Shown here one piece after another: positions 1 through 7,123 of a DNA stretch of 15,775 nucleotides. Every line of letters begins with the position of its first letter. Positions within the stretch are counted from its first letter, which is position 1. The translations under genes and the position numbers were made by a program. Origin of the DNA: a virus (Duplodnaviria; Heunggongvirae; Uroviricota; Caudoviricetes); the IMG/VR virus record IMGVR_UViG_2693429635_000019, positions 1 to 15,775 of that record. One strand, written 5' to 3'. The notes under the pieces were generated by a model. The model ran no database searches, was not told the origin of the DNA, and worked only from the letters and a program-made list of their open reading frames with translations.

Positions 1-1248
1 ATGGCACTGAATATTCCATTCAGAAATGCGTACTATCGTTTTGCATCCAGTTACTCATTTCTCTTTTTTATTTCCTGGTCGCTGTGGTGGTCGTTATACG
101 CTATTTGGCTGAAAGGACATCTAGGGTTGACAGGGACGGAATTAGGTACACTTTATTCGGTCAACCAGTTTACCAGCATTCTATTTATGATGTTCTACGG
201 CATCGTTCAGGATAAACTCGGTCTGAAGAAACCGCTCATCTGGTGTATGAGTTTCATCCTGGTCTTGACCGGACCGTTTATGATTTACGTTTATGAACCG
301 TTACTGCAAAGCAATTTTTCTGTAGGTCTAATTCTGGGGGCGCTATTTTTTGGCTTGGGGTATCTGGCGGGATGCGGTTTGCTTGATAGCTTCACCGAAA
401 AAATGGCGCGAAATTTTCATTTCGAATATGGAACAGCGCGCGCCTGGGGATCTTTTGGCTATGCTATTGGCGCGTTCTTTGCCGGCATATTTTTTAGTAT
501 CAGTCCCCATATCAACTTCTGGTTGGTCTCGCTATTTGGCGCTGTATTTATGATGATCAACATGCGTTTTAAAGATAAGGATCACCAGTGCGTAGCGGCA
601 GATGCGGGAGGGGTAAAAAAAGAGGATTTTATCGCAGTTTTCAAGGATCGAAACTTCTGGGTTTTCGTCATATTTATTGTGGGGACGTGGTCTTTCTATA
701 ACATTTTTGATCAACAACTTTTTCCTGTCTTTTATGCAGGTTTATTCGAATCACACGATGTAGGAACGCGCCTGTATGGTTATCTCAACTCATTCCAGGT
801 GGTACTCGAAGCGCTGTGCATGGCGATTATTCCTTTCTTTGTGAATCGGGTAGGGCCAAAAAATGCATTACTTATCGGAGTTGTGATTATGGCGTTGCGT
901 ATCCTTTCCTGCGCGCTGTTCGTTAACCCCTGGATTATTTCATTAGTGAAGTTGTTACATGCCATTGAGGTTCCACTTTGTGTCATATCCGTCTTCAAAT
1001 ACAGCGTGGCAAACTTTGATAAGCGCCTGTCGTCGACGATCTTTCTGATTGGTTTTCAAATTGCCAGTTCGCTTGGGATTGTGCTGCTTTCAACGCCGAC
1101 TGGGATACTCTTTGACCACGCAGGCTACCAGACAGTTTTCTTCGCAATTTCGGGTATTGTCTGCCTGATGTTGCTATTTGGCATTTTCTTCTTGAGTAAA
1201 AAACGCGAGCAAATAGTTATGGAAACGCCTGTACCTTCAGCAATATAG
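1..1248 (+). CDS. cscB: MFS oligosaccharide:H+ symporter (LacY family), sucrose permease-like; host chromosomal gene
   Basis: 415-aa ORF, ATG at 1, stop TAG 1246-1248; hydrophobic 12-TM-like profile with LacY-family layout; from memory matches E. coli CscB (415 aa, begins MALNIPFRNAYYRF); csc locus is known to lie near argW. Confidence 0.8.
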   Translation: MALNIPFRNAYYRFASSYSFLFFISWSLWWSLYAIWLKGHLGLTGTELGTLYSVNQFTSILFMMFYGIVQDKLGLKKPLIWCMSFILVLTGPFMIYVYEPLLQSNFSVGLILGALFFGLGYLAGCGLLDSFTEKMARNFHFEYGTARAWGSFGYAIGAFFAGIFFSISPHINFWLVSLFGAVFMMINMRFKDKDHQCVAADAGGVKKEDFIAVFKDRNFWVFVIFIVGTWSFYNIFDQQLFPVFYAGLFESHDVGTRLYGYLNSFQVVLEALCMAIIPFFVNRVGPKNALLIGVVIMALRILSCALFVNPWIISLVKLLHAIEVPLCVISVFKYSVANFDKRLSSTIFLIGFQIASSLGIVLLSTPTGILFDHAGYQTVFFAISGIVCLMLLFGIFFLSKKREQIVMETPVPSAI

Positions 1249-1689
1249 ACGTAAACTTTTTCCGGTTGTTGTCGATAGCTCTATATCCCTCAACCGGAAA
1301 ATAATAATAGTAAAATGCTTAGCCCTGCTAATAATCGCCTAATCCAAACGCCTCATTCATGTTCTGGTACAGTCGCTCAAATGTACTTCAGATGCGCGGT
1401 TCGCTGATTTCCAGGACATTGTCGTCATTCAGTGACCTGTCCCGTGTATCACGGTCCTGCGAATTCATCAAGGAATGCATTGCGGAGTGAAGTATCGAGT
1501 CACGCCATATTTCGCTATCAGGATTCTGTGTGATGGTTACATCGCCCGGCTCAGGGCTGTTTAGTCATCAGCGCTTTCTGACAGTGCTGAGATTTCAACC
1601 TGTTGCAGTAAAAATGAGTAGATATAAGGCAAGTGTGCTGCCAAACCCATCTTTTACGGGGTGAAGGTAGATTTCGTTTGAAGGGTATC

Positions 1690-1704
1690 TGGTGTCCCCT
1701 GCAG
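1690..1704 (-). other. tRNA-Arg (argW-type) 3'-terminal fragment CTGCAGGGGACACCA; candidate prophage att core at the host junction
   Basis: Minus strand reads CTGCAGGGGACACCA, equal to the last 15 nt (end of T-stem, acceptor 3' strand, CCA) of argW as I recall it; no tRNA 5' part upstream. Confidence 0.5.
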
Positions 1705-1761
1705 ACATCTACTTGACGAGGCAGGGGATTGATTGGAATGGTGTTTTTTAGATATGAGAAA

Positions 1762-1783
1762 TATTTTACCCGCTATTTTACCC
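1762..1783. repeat. Tandem direct repeat TATTTTACCC x2 (spacer GC) between att core fragment and torI 3' end; candidate recombinase/RDF arm-type binding sites
   Basis: tattttaccc at 1762-1771 and 1774-1783 seen directly; position inside putative attR arm. Confidence 0.35.
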
Positions 1784-1978
1784 ATTGGCGCGGCTTAAGA
1801 GCTTATTTTTGAATTCACAATGGTCACGATATAACCATCTTGCTCGCCCGTGGATAACTTTGGCTTTAGGCAGGTCCCCGGACTTAATCCGGTCATAGAT
1901 GAAGGTTTTACCGAAGCCAGTATCGGCCATGATGAATTTCAAATCAACCAGTGAATCAGGCTGTAGTTCGTGTTGCAT
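1778..1978 (-). CDS. torI: AlpA/TorI-family excisionase (recombination directionality factor)
   Basis: 66-aa ORF, ATG at 1978 with GGAGA RBS 6 nt upstream; sequence MQHELQPDSLVDLKFIMADTGFGKTFIYDRIKSGDLPKAKVIHGRARWLY has AlpA-like winged-helix pattern and matches my recollection of E. coli KplE1 TorI (66 aa). Confidence 0.7.
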   Translation of the reverse strand: MQHELQPDSLVDLKFIMADTGFGKTFIYDRIKSGDLPKAKVIHGRARWLYRDHCEFKNKLLSRANG

Positions 1979-1997
1979 GAGTGCTATCTCCGAATAG

Positions 1998-2013
1998 GGA
2001 ATCGAACCTGCAA
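1998..2013 (-). other. tRNA-Arg (argW-type) T-arm fragment TTGCAGGTTCGATTCC (16 nt), second att-related remnant
   Basis: Minus strand TTGCAGGTTCGATTCC equals argW variable/T-stem/T-loop segment; diverges exactly where fragment 1690-1704 begins in the tRNA. Confidence 0.5.
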
Positions 2014-2023
2014 ATCAGGCAAT

Positions 2024-2044
2024 AAAAAAACCGCATTGATGCGG
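2024..2044 (-). terminator. Rho-independent terminator closing the leftward early operon
   Basis: Minus strand CCGCATCAATGCGG stem-loop followed by TTTTTTTAT; lies 60 nt downstream of the stop of CDS 2104-2448. Confidence 0.6.
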
Positions 2045-2103
2045 CAATGGCAGGTCTGGATATCTTGAGAAATGAACAGGCCTCATCGAGTGTGAGGCTG
2101 TGG

Positions 2104-2448
2104 TTAGTCCTTGCGTAACTCGCTAATTCTTCTGTAAGTCTCTGGTGCTTTGTTTCCGTGTATCTTCATTTCAGACTTCAACAGAGCAACGAGGGAATCC
2201 CATTCGTTGAGGATGCCTTTGAATGCCGGAACGCGCTTTGCAACCTTGTCGAATGAATCTCTGATTTCTGGGATCTGCTCAACAAGTGCAACGCATCGTC
2301 GGAAATCGGCTGCGTCATGTGGAGCGCCGAAGTGATGACCATAGATATTCTTTTTCAGTCCACATGCGATTGAGGCAAGAGTTGCGCTACTGATGCCGAC
2401 ATCGCCAGTCGATTGCCATTTCAAAACCTTCATAGCCAAATCTGACAT
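2104..2448 (-). CDS. Hypothetical protein, 114 aa (moron-like, flanked by hairpins)
   Basis: ORF track 2104-2475 trimmed to internal ATG at 2448 preceded by GGAGA RBS (spacing 6); the upstream part of the longer ORF overlaps a terminator-like hairpin. Confidence 0.6.
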   Translation of the reverse strand: MSDLAMKVLKWQSTGDVGISSATLASIACGLKKNIYGHHFGAPHDAADFRRCVALVEQIPEIRDSFDKVAKRVPAFKGILNEWDSLVALLKSEMKIHGNKAPETYRRISELRKD

Positions 2449-2460
2449 TTCTTGTCTCCA

Positions 2461-2485
2461 ATAAAAAACCGCCATCAGGCGGCTT
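2461..2485 (-). terminator. Terminator-like hairpin (CCGCC-TGAT-GGCGG + T-tract) between Zn-ribbon gene and CDS 2104-2448
   Basis: Minus strand AAGCCGCCTGATGGCGGTTTTTTAT; GC stem followed by T6. Confidence 0.4.
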
Positions 2486-2548
2486 GGTGTTCTTTCAGTT
2501 CTTCAATTCGAATATTGGTTACATTGTTTTCATATATGAATAAATAAA

Positions 2549-2728
2549 TTAGCTTTTTTCGTTGCCTTCGCGTTCTTTATTAATTTTGACAAACTCGTTT
2601 TTACCACGCTCTCCAAATGCGTCTTTAGAGTCGTTGTATCCGCAATCGCAGCACACATAATCACCAGACCATCCACGCATTGTTTTTTCTTTTGCAATAT
2701 TTCCAGAACCGCATTTTGGACAAGACAT
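2549..2728 (-). CDS. Small zinc-ribbon protein (CPKC...CCDC), 59 aa
   Basis: ORF track 2549-2761 (TTG start) trimmed to ATG at 2728 with strong GGAGGT RBS; two Cys pairs CxxC and CCxC; AT-rich surrounding sequence. Confidence 0.55.
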   Translation of the reverse strand: MSCPKCGSGNIAKEKTMRGWSGDYVCCDCGYNDSKDAFGERGKNEFVKINKEREGNEKS

Positions 2729-2824
2729 ATCACTACCTCCAAAGCATGAGTGAGATGACAACGTAACATTGATTGGAGATTAACAATAGATTGCTGATGT
2801 AAAAGATATGTATAAGCTTCGCTT

Positions 2825-3445
2825 TCAAAGTGGAGGCTCTGGTAGCGGCATCCAGTGTGACGGCTCACATACCCCCTCAACACCATTCATGTAAAAGAAT
2901 TGAAATAACCCTTTACCTTTGTGAAACCCTACCATCTGCTCTTTTGTGTCTGAGCAATAAACCAAAACATCTTCTTCGTTTGGCATTCGATCACTACAGC
3001 TTATCCAACCATCCGGAGTTACCGGAGAGTTGCCAGATAGCTCGTTCAACTTGTAAGTTTGGCTTACAGGTTCGGCACCATGAAGCATGGCGTCGCGGCA
3101 GGAGTTCCAGCCTCTCACCTCTGCAATAGCGGCAACAGCATCGACCGCGTACATTTTAAGAGGGTTAGGCATTGGTTTTTCTTCAGGTACTACTGGCACT
3201 GGAGGGGCGGCATAAACAGGAATAACGTCCGATTGCTCTTTATTGCTTTCATCCGTTAAAGCCCAGAATAATTTCCCAGCCGGATGTTTGAAAATATAAG
3301 CAACCGGTTCTGCTTCCAGCGATGCCAGAGCAATTCGTGCCAGTTCTTCCGCTTCTTCTGCTGGCAGTACAACGTTGCTACCCGGTCCGTATGTTTCGCG
3401 CCACTGCTTGATTGTCAGCAGTCGCTCTTTGGTTATAGTGGTCAT
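2825..3445 (-). CDS. DUF551-domain phage protein, 206 aa
   Basis: ATG at 3445 overlapping upstream stop (ATGA), AAGGA RBS; C-terminus ...WISCSDRMPNEEDVLVY...HWMPLPEPPL matches the DUF551 signature as I remember it. Confidence 0.75.
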   Translation of the reverse strand: MTTITKERLLTIKQWRETYGPGSNVVLPAEEAEELARIALASLEAEPVAYIFKHPAGKLFWALTDESNKEQSDVIPVYAAPPVPVVPEEKPMPNPLKMYAVDAVAAIAEVRGWNSCRDAMLHGAEPVSQTYKLNELSGNSPVTPDGWISCSDRMPNEEDVLVYCSDTKEQMVGFHKGKGLFQFFYMNGVEGVCEPSHWMPLPEPPL

Positions 3446-3957
3446 GCCGCGTTTCCTTCTTTCTTATTAACAATTACACCGTCATATATTTCATTAAGGT
3501 GCCCTCTCAACTCCATGCGCCTTAATGCAGATAACATGTAATCGCATTCAACCTGCTTATTTCCAGTAAATGGCTTATCGTCAGGATTACCCCAACAGCA
3601 ATTACCCTTGGGCCACCCATGTACTTTCCGTACTCTTCCGTTAACAACGTGAAGTAATCCCCAGCCAGGTGGTAAATCCTCAATTGAAATAATTCCCGGC
3701 TCACTAATAAAGAATCGCCAGTCGCCCATGCCAAGTGAGGGATTTTTACGGAAACGCTTTTTTCTATCTGCCAACAAATCAGCACGAGAACACTTCGCCT
3801 CTATCAGGCATGATGCTGAATTTCTGAATCCCATAGCATCTGGCTGTTCTCCGGTACTGGTTACAGCTATAAAGCGGTCATGAAAACAAACCTTGAACCC
3901 GTTGCGCTTAAGGAACTTGTACGCAATCTGACAGAGTTCGCTGTGTGTTAACGCCAT
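3442..3957 (-). CDS. Hypothetical phage protein, 171 aa, with PD-(D/E)XK-like D...EAK signature
   Basis: ORF track 3442-4008 trimmed to ATG at 3957 (upstream extension overlaps preceding gene); motif PDAMGF...CLIEAKCSRADL resembles restriction-endonuclease-fold core. Confidence 0.65.
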   Translation of the reverse strand: MALTHSELCQIAYKFLKRNGFKVCFHDRFIAVTSTGEQPDAMGFRNSASCLIEAKCSRADLLADRKKRFRKNPSLGMGDWRFFISEPGIISIEDLPPGWGLLHVVNGRVRKVHGWPKGNCCWGNPDDKPFTGNKQVECDYMLSALRRMELRGHLNEIYDGVIVNKKEGNAA

Positions 3958-3961
3958 ATCC

Positions 3962-4363
3962 CTAATTCCCCTTGATGCTGACTTTGACGCCAACCTTGCG
4001 AATCTCATCGGCGCATCTGTTCACGATACTCCGGTGAAACTCACAAAAAATTTTCGCCGACTGCGGCCCTAATGGGTGAACATCGTGCGCACGCGGCAGT
4101 ACAACCTCCCGCGCCTCCATGTCAGCAATCCGCTTGTCTTTGGCTTCCAGCTCATCCAGCAGCGCCCGAACTACATCAGCGGTTTTCTGGCACTGGTCAA
4201 CAATGCTAACGTCACAACCAGTATCGAAACCGTCCTCAGTTTCAAAGCGGAGCTCTACAGAGTCGCCGTCGATATCAGATGGTTCGAACCCGGCAATGTT
4301 TTCCAGAATGCCGATTATGCTTTCTGCGCTATGACGTAATGCGCGTTTGTCGATGTTGCTCAT
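3962..4363 (-). CDS. Hypothetical phage early protein, 133 aa (possibly Ea22-like; coiled-coil segment)
   Basis: ATG at 4363 overlapping stop of upstream gene; LDELEAKDKRIADMEA coiled-coil-like stretch; family assignment from memory only. Confidence 0.6.
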   Translation of the reverse strand: MSNIDKRALRHSAESIIGILENIAGFEPSDIDGDSVELRFETEDGFDTGCDVSIVDQCQKTADVVRALLDELEAKDKRIADMEAREVVLPRAHDVHPLGPQSAKIFCEFHRSIVNRCADEIRKVGVKVSIKGN

Positions 4364-4641
4364 TGGGCGGCCTCCGGTATTTTTCTTGCGCTGAATTGAG
4401 GTACATGTTCCATTTCAACCGTGAATACACCTACGCTCTCACCGTCAATGAATAGCTCGATATCCAACGGCCAGTCAGATTCCAAGCCGTCATGATTGTC
4501 AAAATAATCAAGGGAGGCATCCTGAGACAAGCATTCCAATTCCCACTCAGAAATGAGCTCATCGATGTGTCGAGGATCGAGAAAAAACGCATCCTCAGGA
4601 AACGTGCCTGCATCTCTAACTACGTACTGGATTACGCTCAT
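4360..4641 (-). CDS. Strongly acidic small protein, 93 aa
   Basis: ORF track 4360-4695 trimmed to ATG at 4641 with AAGGAGG RBS and ATGA overlap with upstream stop; about 22 Asp/Glu versus 4 Arg/Lys. Confidence 0.65.
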   Translation of the reverse strand: MSVIQYVVRDAGTFPEDAFFLDPRHIDELISEWELECLSQDASLDYFDNHDGLESDWPLDIELFIDGESVGVFTVEMEHVPQFSARKIPEAAQ

Positions 4642-4985
4642 TGGTTGCCTCCTTTGCGAAGCTGGGCAGCAATACTTACGCATATCTCTGCGCATCTAAT
4701 CAGCCCCGGAACGTTCTTGTTTGGCCCAACTTCACCATCAACAAAATCAATCATCGCGTTACGAGCCATCTCCACACCCTGCGCCCGCACTTCAGCCAGG
4801 AAGGCGTCGGTGGCTGGGGTTCCCTCTACCACTAACCCTACTGGAGCTAGATATTCTTTCATCCCCGCATTCTCCACAGCCAGCGCCGCGCACTTGGCCT
4901 CAAGGTTATCAATCGTGATTCCAGCAGAACGACACTCACGCAACGCTGTTTCTAGTTTTGATTCAAGTTCACCGAACTTACGCAC
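4638..4985 (-). CDS. Hypothetical protein, 115 aa (GTG start, no clear RBS; possibly 3' part of a frameshifted gene)
   Basis: Only in-frame start upstream of internal Met is GTG at 4985, immediately after a stop; overlaps a 42-aa ORF (4952-5080) in another frame. Confidence 0.45.
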   Translation of the reverse strand: MRKFGELESKLETALRECRSAGITIDNLEAKCAALAVENAGMKEYLAPVGLVVEGTPATDAFLAEVRAQGVEMARNAMIDFVDGEVGPNKNVPGLIRCAEICVSIAAQLRKGGNQ

Positions 4986-5076
4986 CAGATATCAGCGTTT
5001 GTTTCGTTAACCTTTAAATCACTTGGGATGCATTTACCTTTCAGAAATCCATCCATCTCAATTAGTGACATTTGTT

Positions 5077-5241
5077 TCATTTCTTCCCACTCCGCCACAT
5101 CGCATTCAGATATTTGTTTTGATTCACTGATGGAAAAGAATTTCTCTTAAGCAATTCCTCTCTCGATGGCATTGGCTTTACGCGTTGGCGAATAATCATT
5201 TCTGCCGGAAGAATGCCGGGATTGTATGCAAGACCTCTCAT
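5077..5241 (-). CDS. Small hypothetical protein, 54 aa (not in ORF track)
   Basis: ATG at 5241 overlapping stop of upstream gene (ATGA), GGAGAG RBS 8 nt upstream, stop TGA 5077-5079; hand-translated. Confidence 0.4.
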   Translation of the reverse strand: MRGLAYNPGILPAEMIIRQRVKPMPSREELLKRNSFPSVNQNKYLNAMWRSGKK

Positions 5242-5528
5242 GATTTACTCTCCACGAACTGGTCAATAGCCATGCTAAGTGACACACCTAAAGTCTCGAT
5301 ATGCTGCTGAATATCCTGTAGCGTCTGCGCCTGAGATAACAGGATTTCACGGTTGCATAACTCTTTAACCAGATGCTCAAACTTGCTGTAATAACCGATA
5401 CGGCTTAGTGTTTCTTTCCCTGCATTCTCGCCTTCTTTGATAATTCCTCTTTCGCTAAGAATCAGATCGTGTTTTGTTCCGGTAATAACGTATTTTCCGA
5501 GGTCGATGTTTAGCTTCATTGTTTTCAT
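5238..5528 (-). CDS. Hypothetical phage protein, 96 aa
   Basis: ORF track 5238-5678 trimmed to ATG at 5528 preceded by GAGGAA RBS; longer version would overlap upstream gene. Confidence 0.6.
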   Translation of the reverse strand: MKTMKLNIDLGKYVITGTKHDLILSERGIIKEGENAGKETLSRIGYYSKFEHLVKELCNREILLSQAQTLQDIQQHIETLGVSLSMAIDQFVESKS

Positions 5529-5538
5529 TGTTAATTCC

Positions 5539-5832
5539 TCAGTCATTACTGATAGCGCCATAGCGTGAGCGGTAATTACGCAGGCGCGGGTCGATTTCAG
5601 GGAAGTGGGTATATGTGGCTTTGCGGAATGGTCGGATTGATGTCTGGTAAATTCGCTCTCGTTCTTCTTTCTCTGCAAGCCATATGCAGTGGCGAAACTC
5701 CTTTTCCTCTTTCGTTTCCTGCGGTAGAGACATTATTCGATCGTAGTTTTTTCTGAATTTATCCAGCACCTCCGATACGGAATTGCCGGAACAGCGGCGC
5801 GGGTCATCCGCACCATACAGAGGCGCTGGCAT
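5539..5832 (-). CDS. Hypothetical phage protein, 97 aa (sits where P22 has abc genes; unverified)
   Basis: ATG at 5832 with AAGGA RBS; basic/charged composition; position downstream of erf/ssb-like. Confidence 0.6.
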   Translation of the reverse strand: MPAPLYGADDPRRCSGNSVSEVLDKFRKNYDRIMSLPQETKEEKEFRHCIWLAEKEERERIYQTSIRPFRKATYTHFPEIDPRLRNYRSRYGAISND

Positions 5833-5855
5833 AATGGAATCCTTATTTTGCTAAT

Positions 5856-6239
5856 CTAGAAGGGAATTGAATCGTCGTATTCAGGATGATTTTGATGATT
5901 GCTACTTTGCTGCTGTTGGCTGTTTCCTGAAGTTGCAAATCCAATCTTTGCATTCAGTAATTCAAGAGTGATTGATTGACCATTTTGCCCCTGATAAACA
6001 TCAACCCTGATGTTTTCTCCGGTAATTTCCACAATGCCACCTTCAACAAGAACACTACGGTAGTAATCCGCTTGCGCTCCCGGCTTGGCAAATACAACGG
6101 CGCTGTAGTTTGTCCATTCTTTCTTTTTTGTCTGGCGATCGTAATACTGAACGCCAGCACGGATGTTGAATCCGATATTTTCCCCGGCCTGAAACTCTCT
6201 TGCGGGCTTGTTTAGTCTTACAGTAATCGAATGTGCCAT
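5856..6239 (-). CDS. Phage single-stranded DNA-binding-like protein with SSB-type C-terminal tail (...EYDDSIPF)
   Basis: ORF track 5856-6329 trimmed to ATG at 6239 (TAATG overlap with erf stop); OB-fold-like N-terminus, Gln/Ser-rich linker, C-terminal DDSIPF resembling E. coli SSB DDDIPF. Confidence 0.65.
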   Translation of the reverse strand: MAHSITVRLNKPAREFQAGENIGFNIRAGVQYYDRQTKKKEWTNYSAVVFAKPGAQADYYRSVLVEGGIVEITGENIRVDVYQGQNGQSITLELLNAKIGFATSGNSQQQQSSNHQNHPEYDDSIPF

Positions 6240-6844
6240 TAAGCAGCCGCTCCTTCTAATTCGTCTCGTCTGATGTTGTAAACGTCCTGTGCTTTGTGCT
6301 GCTCCGGTGTGCCTTCGAGCATCTTCCACGCTTTGGCGAACGCCTGTTTAAGCTCTTCTACGGTGTTTTTCTGCAATGCTGCGTCAGTGAATGCTTTTAG
6401 AACCTGTTCAGGTGTAGGTGATGGTTTTGATTGCTTTGCTGCTGCGTTCTGCTGATGTTTATGCTCGTCGGTATCTGCATCTTTCGCATCATCAATGCCG
6501 AACAAACCATTGAGGCAATACTTGCGTGCATAAGAGCTTGTAGCTCCCGTAACTTGTGCAGAATCCATTCCTTTCTTGCTTTCTTCCTCTCGTGCAAGAG
6601 CGGTTGCCGTATGGCTGTTTTCGCCATCGGTAATAGTTGCCGTGGCTTTCACGTAATACCGATCACCAATCAGCACAACTTCATCGCTGATTGATAAAAA
6701 CAGGCCATTCAGTAACGGCTTAACGCCTTCAAGAATGTCTTCGCAGCTTCTGTATTTATATTTGCCGAATGAGTTGTACTGATTCTTTGGCGCGTTCAGA
6801 TTCTCCTGAATAGCTGCCAGTCTTGCGTAAAATTCTTTGCTCAT
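6239..6844 (-). CDS. erf: Erf-family single-strand annealing recombinase
   Basis: ORF track 6239-6874 (TTG) trimmed to ATG at 6844; N-terminus MSKEFYARLAAIQENLNAPKNQYNSFGKYKYRSCEDILE matches my recollection of P22 Erf; about 201 aa. Confidence 0.75.
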   Translation of the reverse strand: MSKEFYARLAAIQENLNAPKNQYNSFGKYKYRSCEDILEGVKPLLNGLFLSISDEVVLIGDRYYVKATATITDGENSHTATALAREEESKKGMDSAQVTGATSSYARKYCLNGLFGIDDAKDADTDEHKHQQNAAAKQSKPSPTPEQVLKAFTDAALQKNTVEELKQAFAKAWKMLEGTPEQHKAQDVYNIRRDELEGAAA

Positions 6845-7103
6845 ATGATTGTTCTCAGAATGGACATGGCCCAAGGAAATAACGCTGATTTAATACTTCG
6901 ACTCGGGACAAATTAAGGCATACCCGCATTCCTTCGCGGTCGCCATTATGGCGATACCAGAGAGCTTTCTGCGTGTACATGCGTCTCTGTAACTTGCTCT
7001 CCTTCACTGTGGTTGCAAGTGACATGCATATCTCCTTCGTTACCGATTAATTCTTTCATCTGACGAATGAATTCTTTGTCTGACCAGTTATCTTTGACAT
7101 CCT

Positions 7104-7123
7104 CCACGCCCTAAAGGGCGTGG
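7104..7123 (-). repeat. Perfect 8-bp stem hairpin (CCACGCCC-TTTA-GGGCGTGG) containing the tnpB stop codon; candidate IS right-end / omega-RNA structural element
   Basis: Inverted repeat seen directly; TAG stop of tnpB at 7111-7113 lies in the loop/stem. Confidence 0.6.

Noticed and set aside
1261-1299. Inverted repeat CCGGTTG...CAACCGG just after cscB as a terminator
   Set aside because: Loop of about 24 nt and no T-tract following on either strand; not a convincing intrinsic terminator.
1985-2015. Complete tRNA gene
   Set aside because: Only a 16-nt T-arm segment matches tRNA-Arg; no D-arm, anticodon arm or acceptor stem adjacent, so it is an att-type fragment rather than a tRNA gene.
2530-2886. 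118-aa minus-strand ORF overlapping the Zn-ribbon gene
   Set aside because: Alternative frame of the same region with no RBS and implausible composition; the Zn-ribbon frame has a strong RBS and Cys motifs.
4492-5010. 172-aa plus-strand ORF
   Set aside because: Runs antisense across three tightly coupled minus-strand genes, has low-complexity Ser/Ala/Pro-rich translation and no RBS; antisense artefact.
5856-6329. SSB-like protein as a canonical full-length host-type SSB
   Set aside because: Too short, and the N-terminal 30 codons of the track ORF overlap erf; treated as a phage SSB-like protein starting at 6239.
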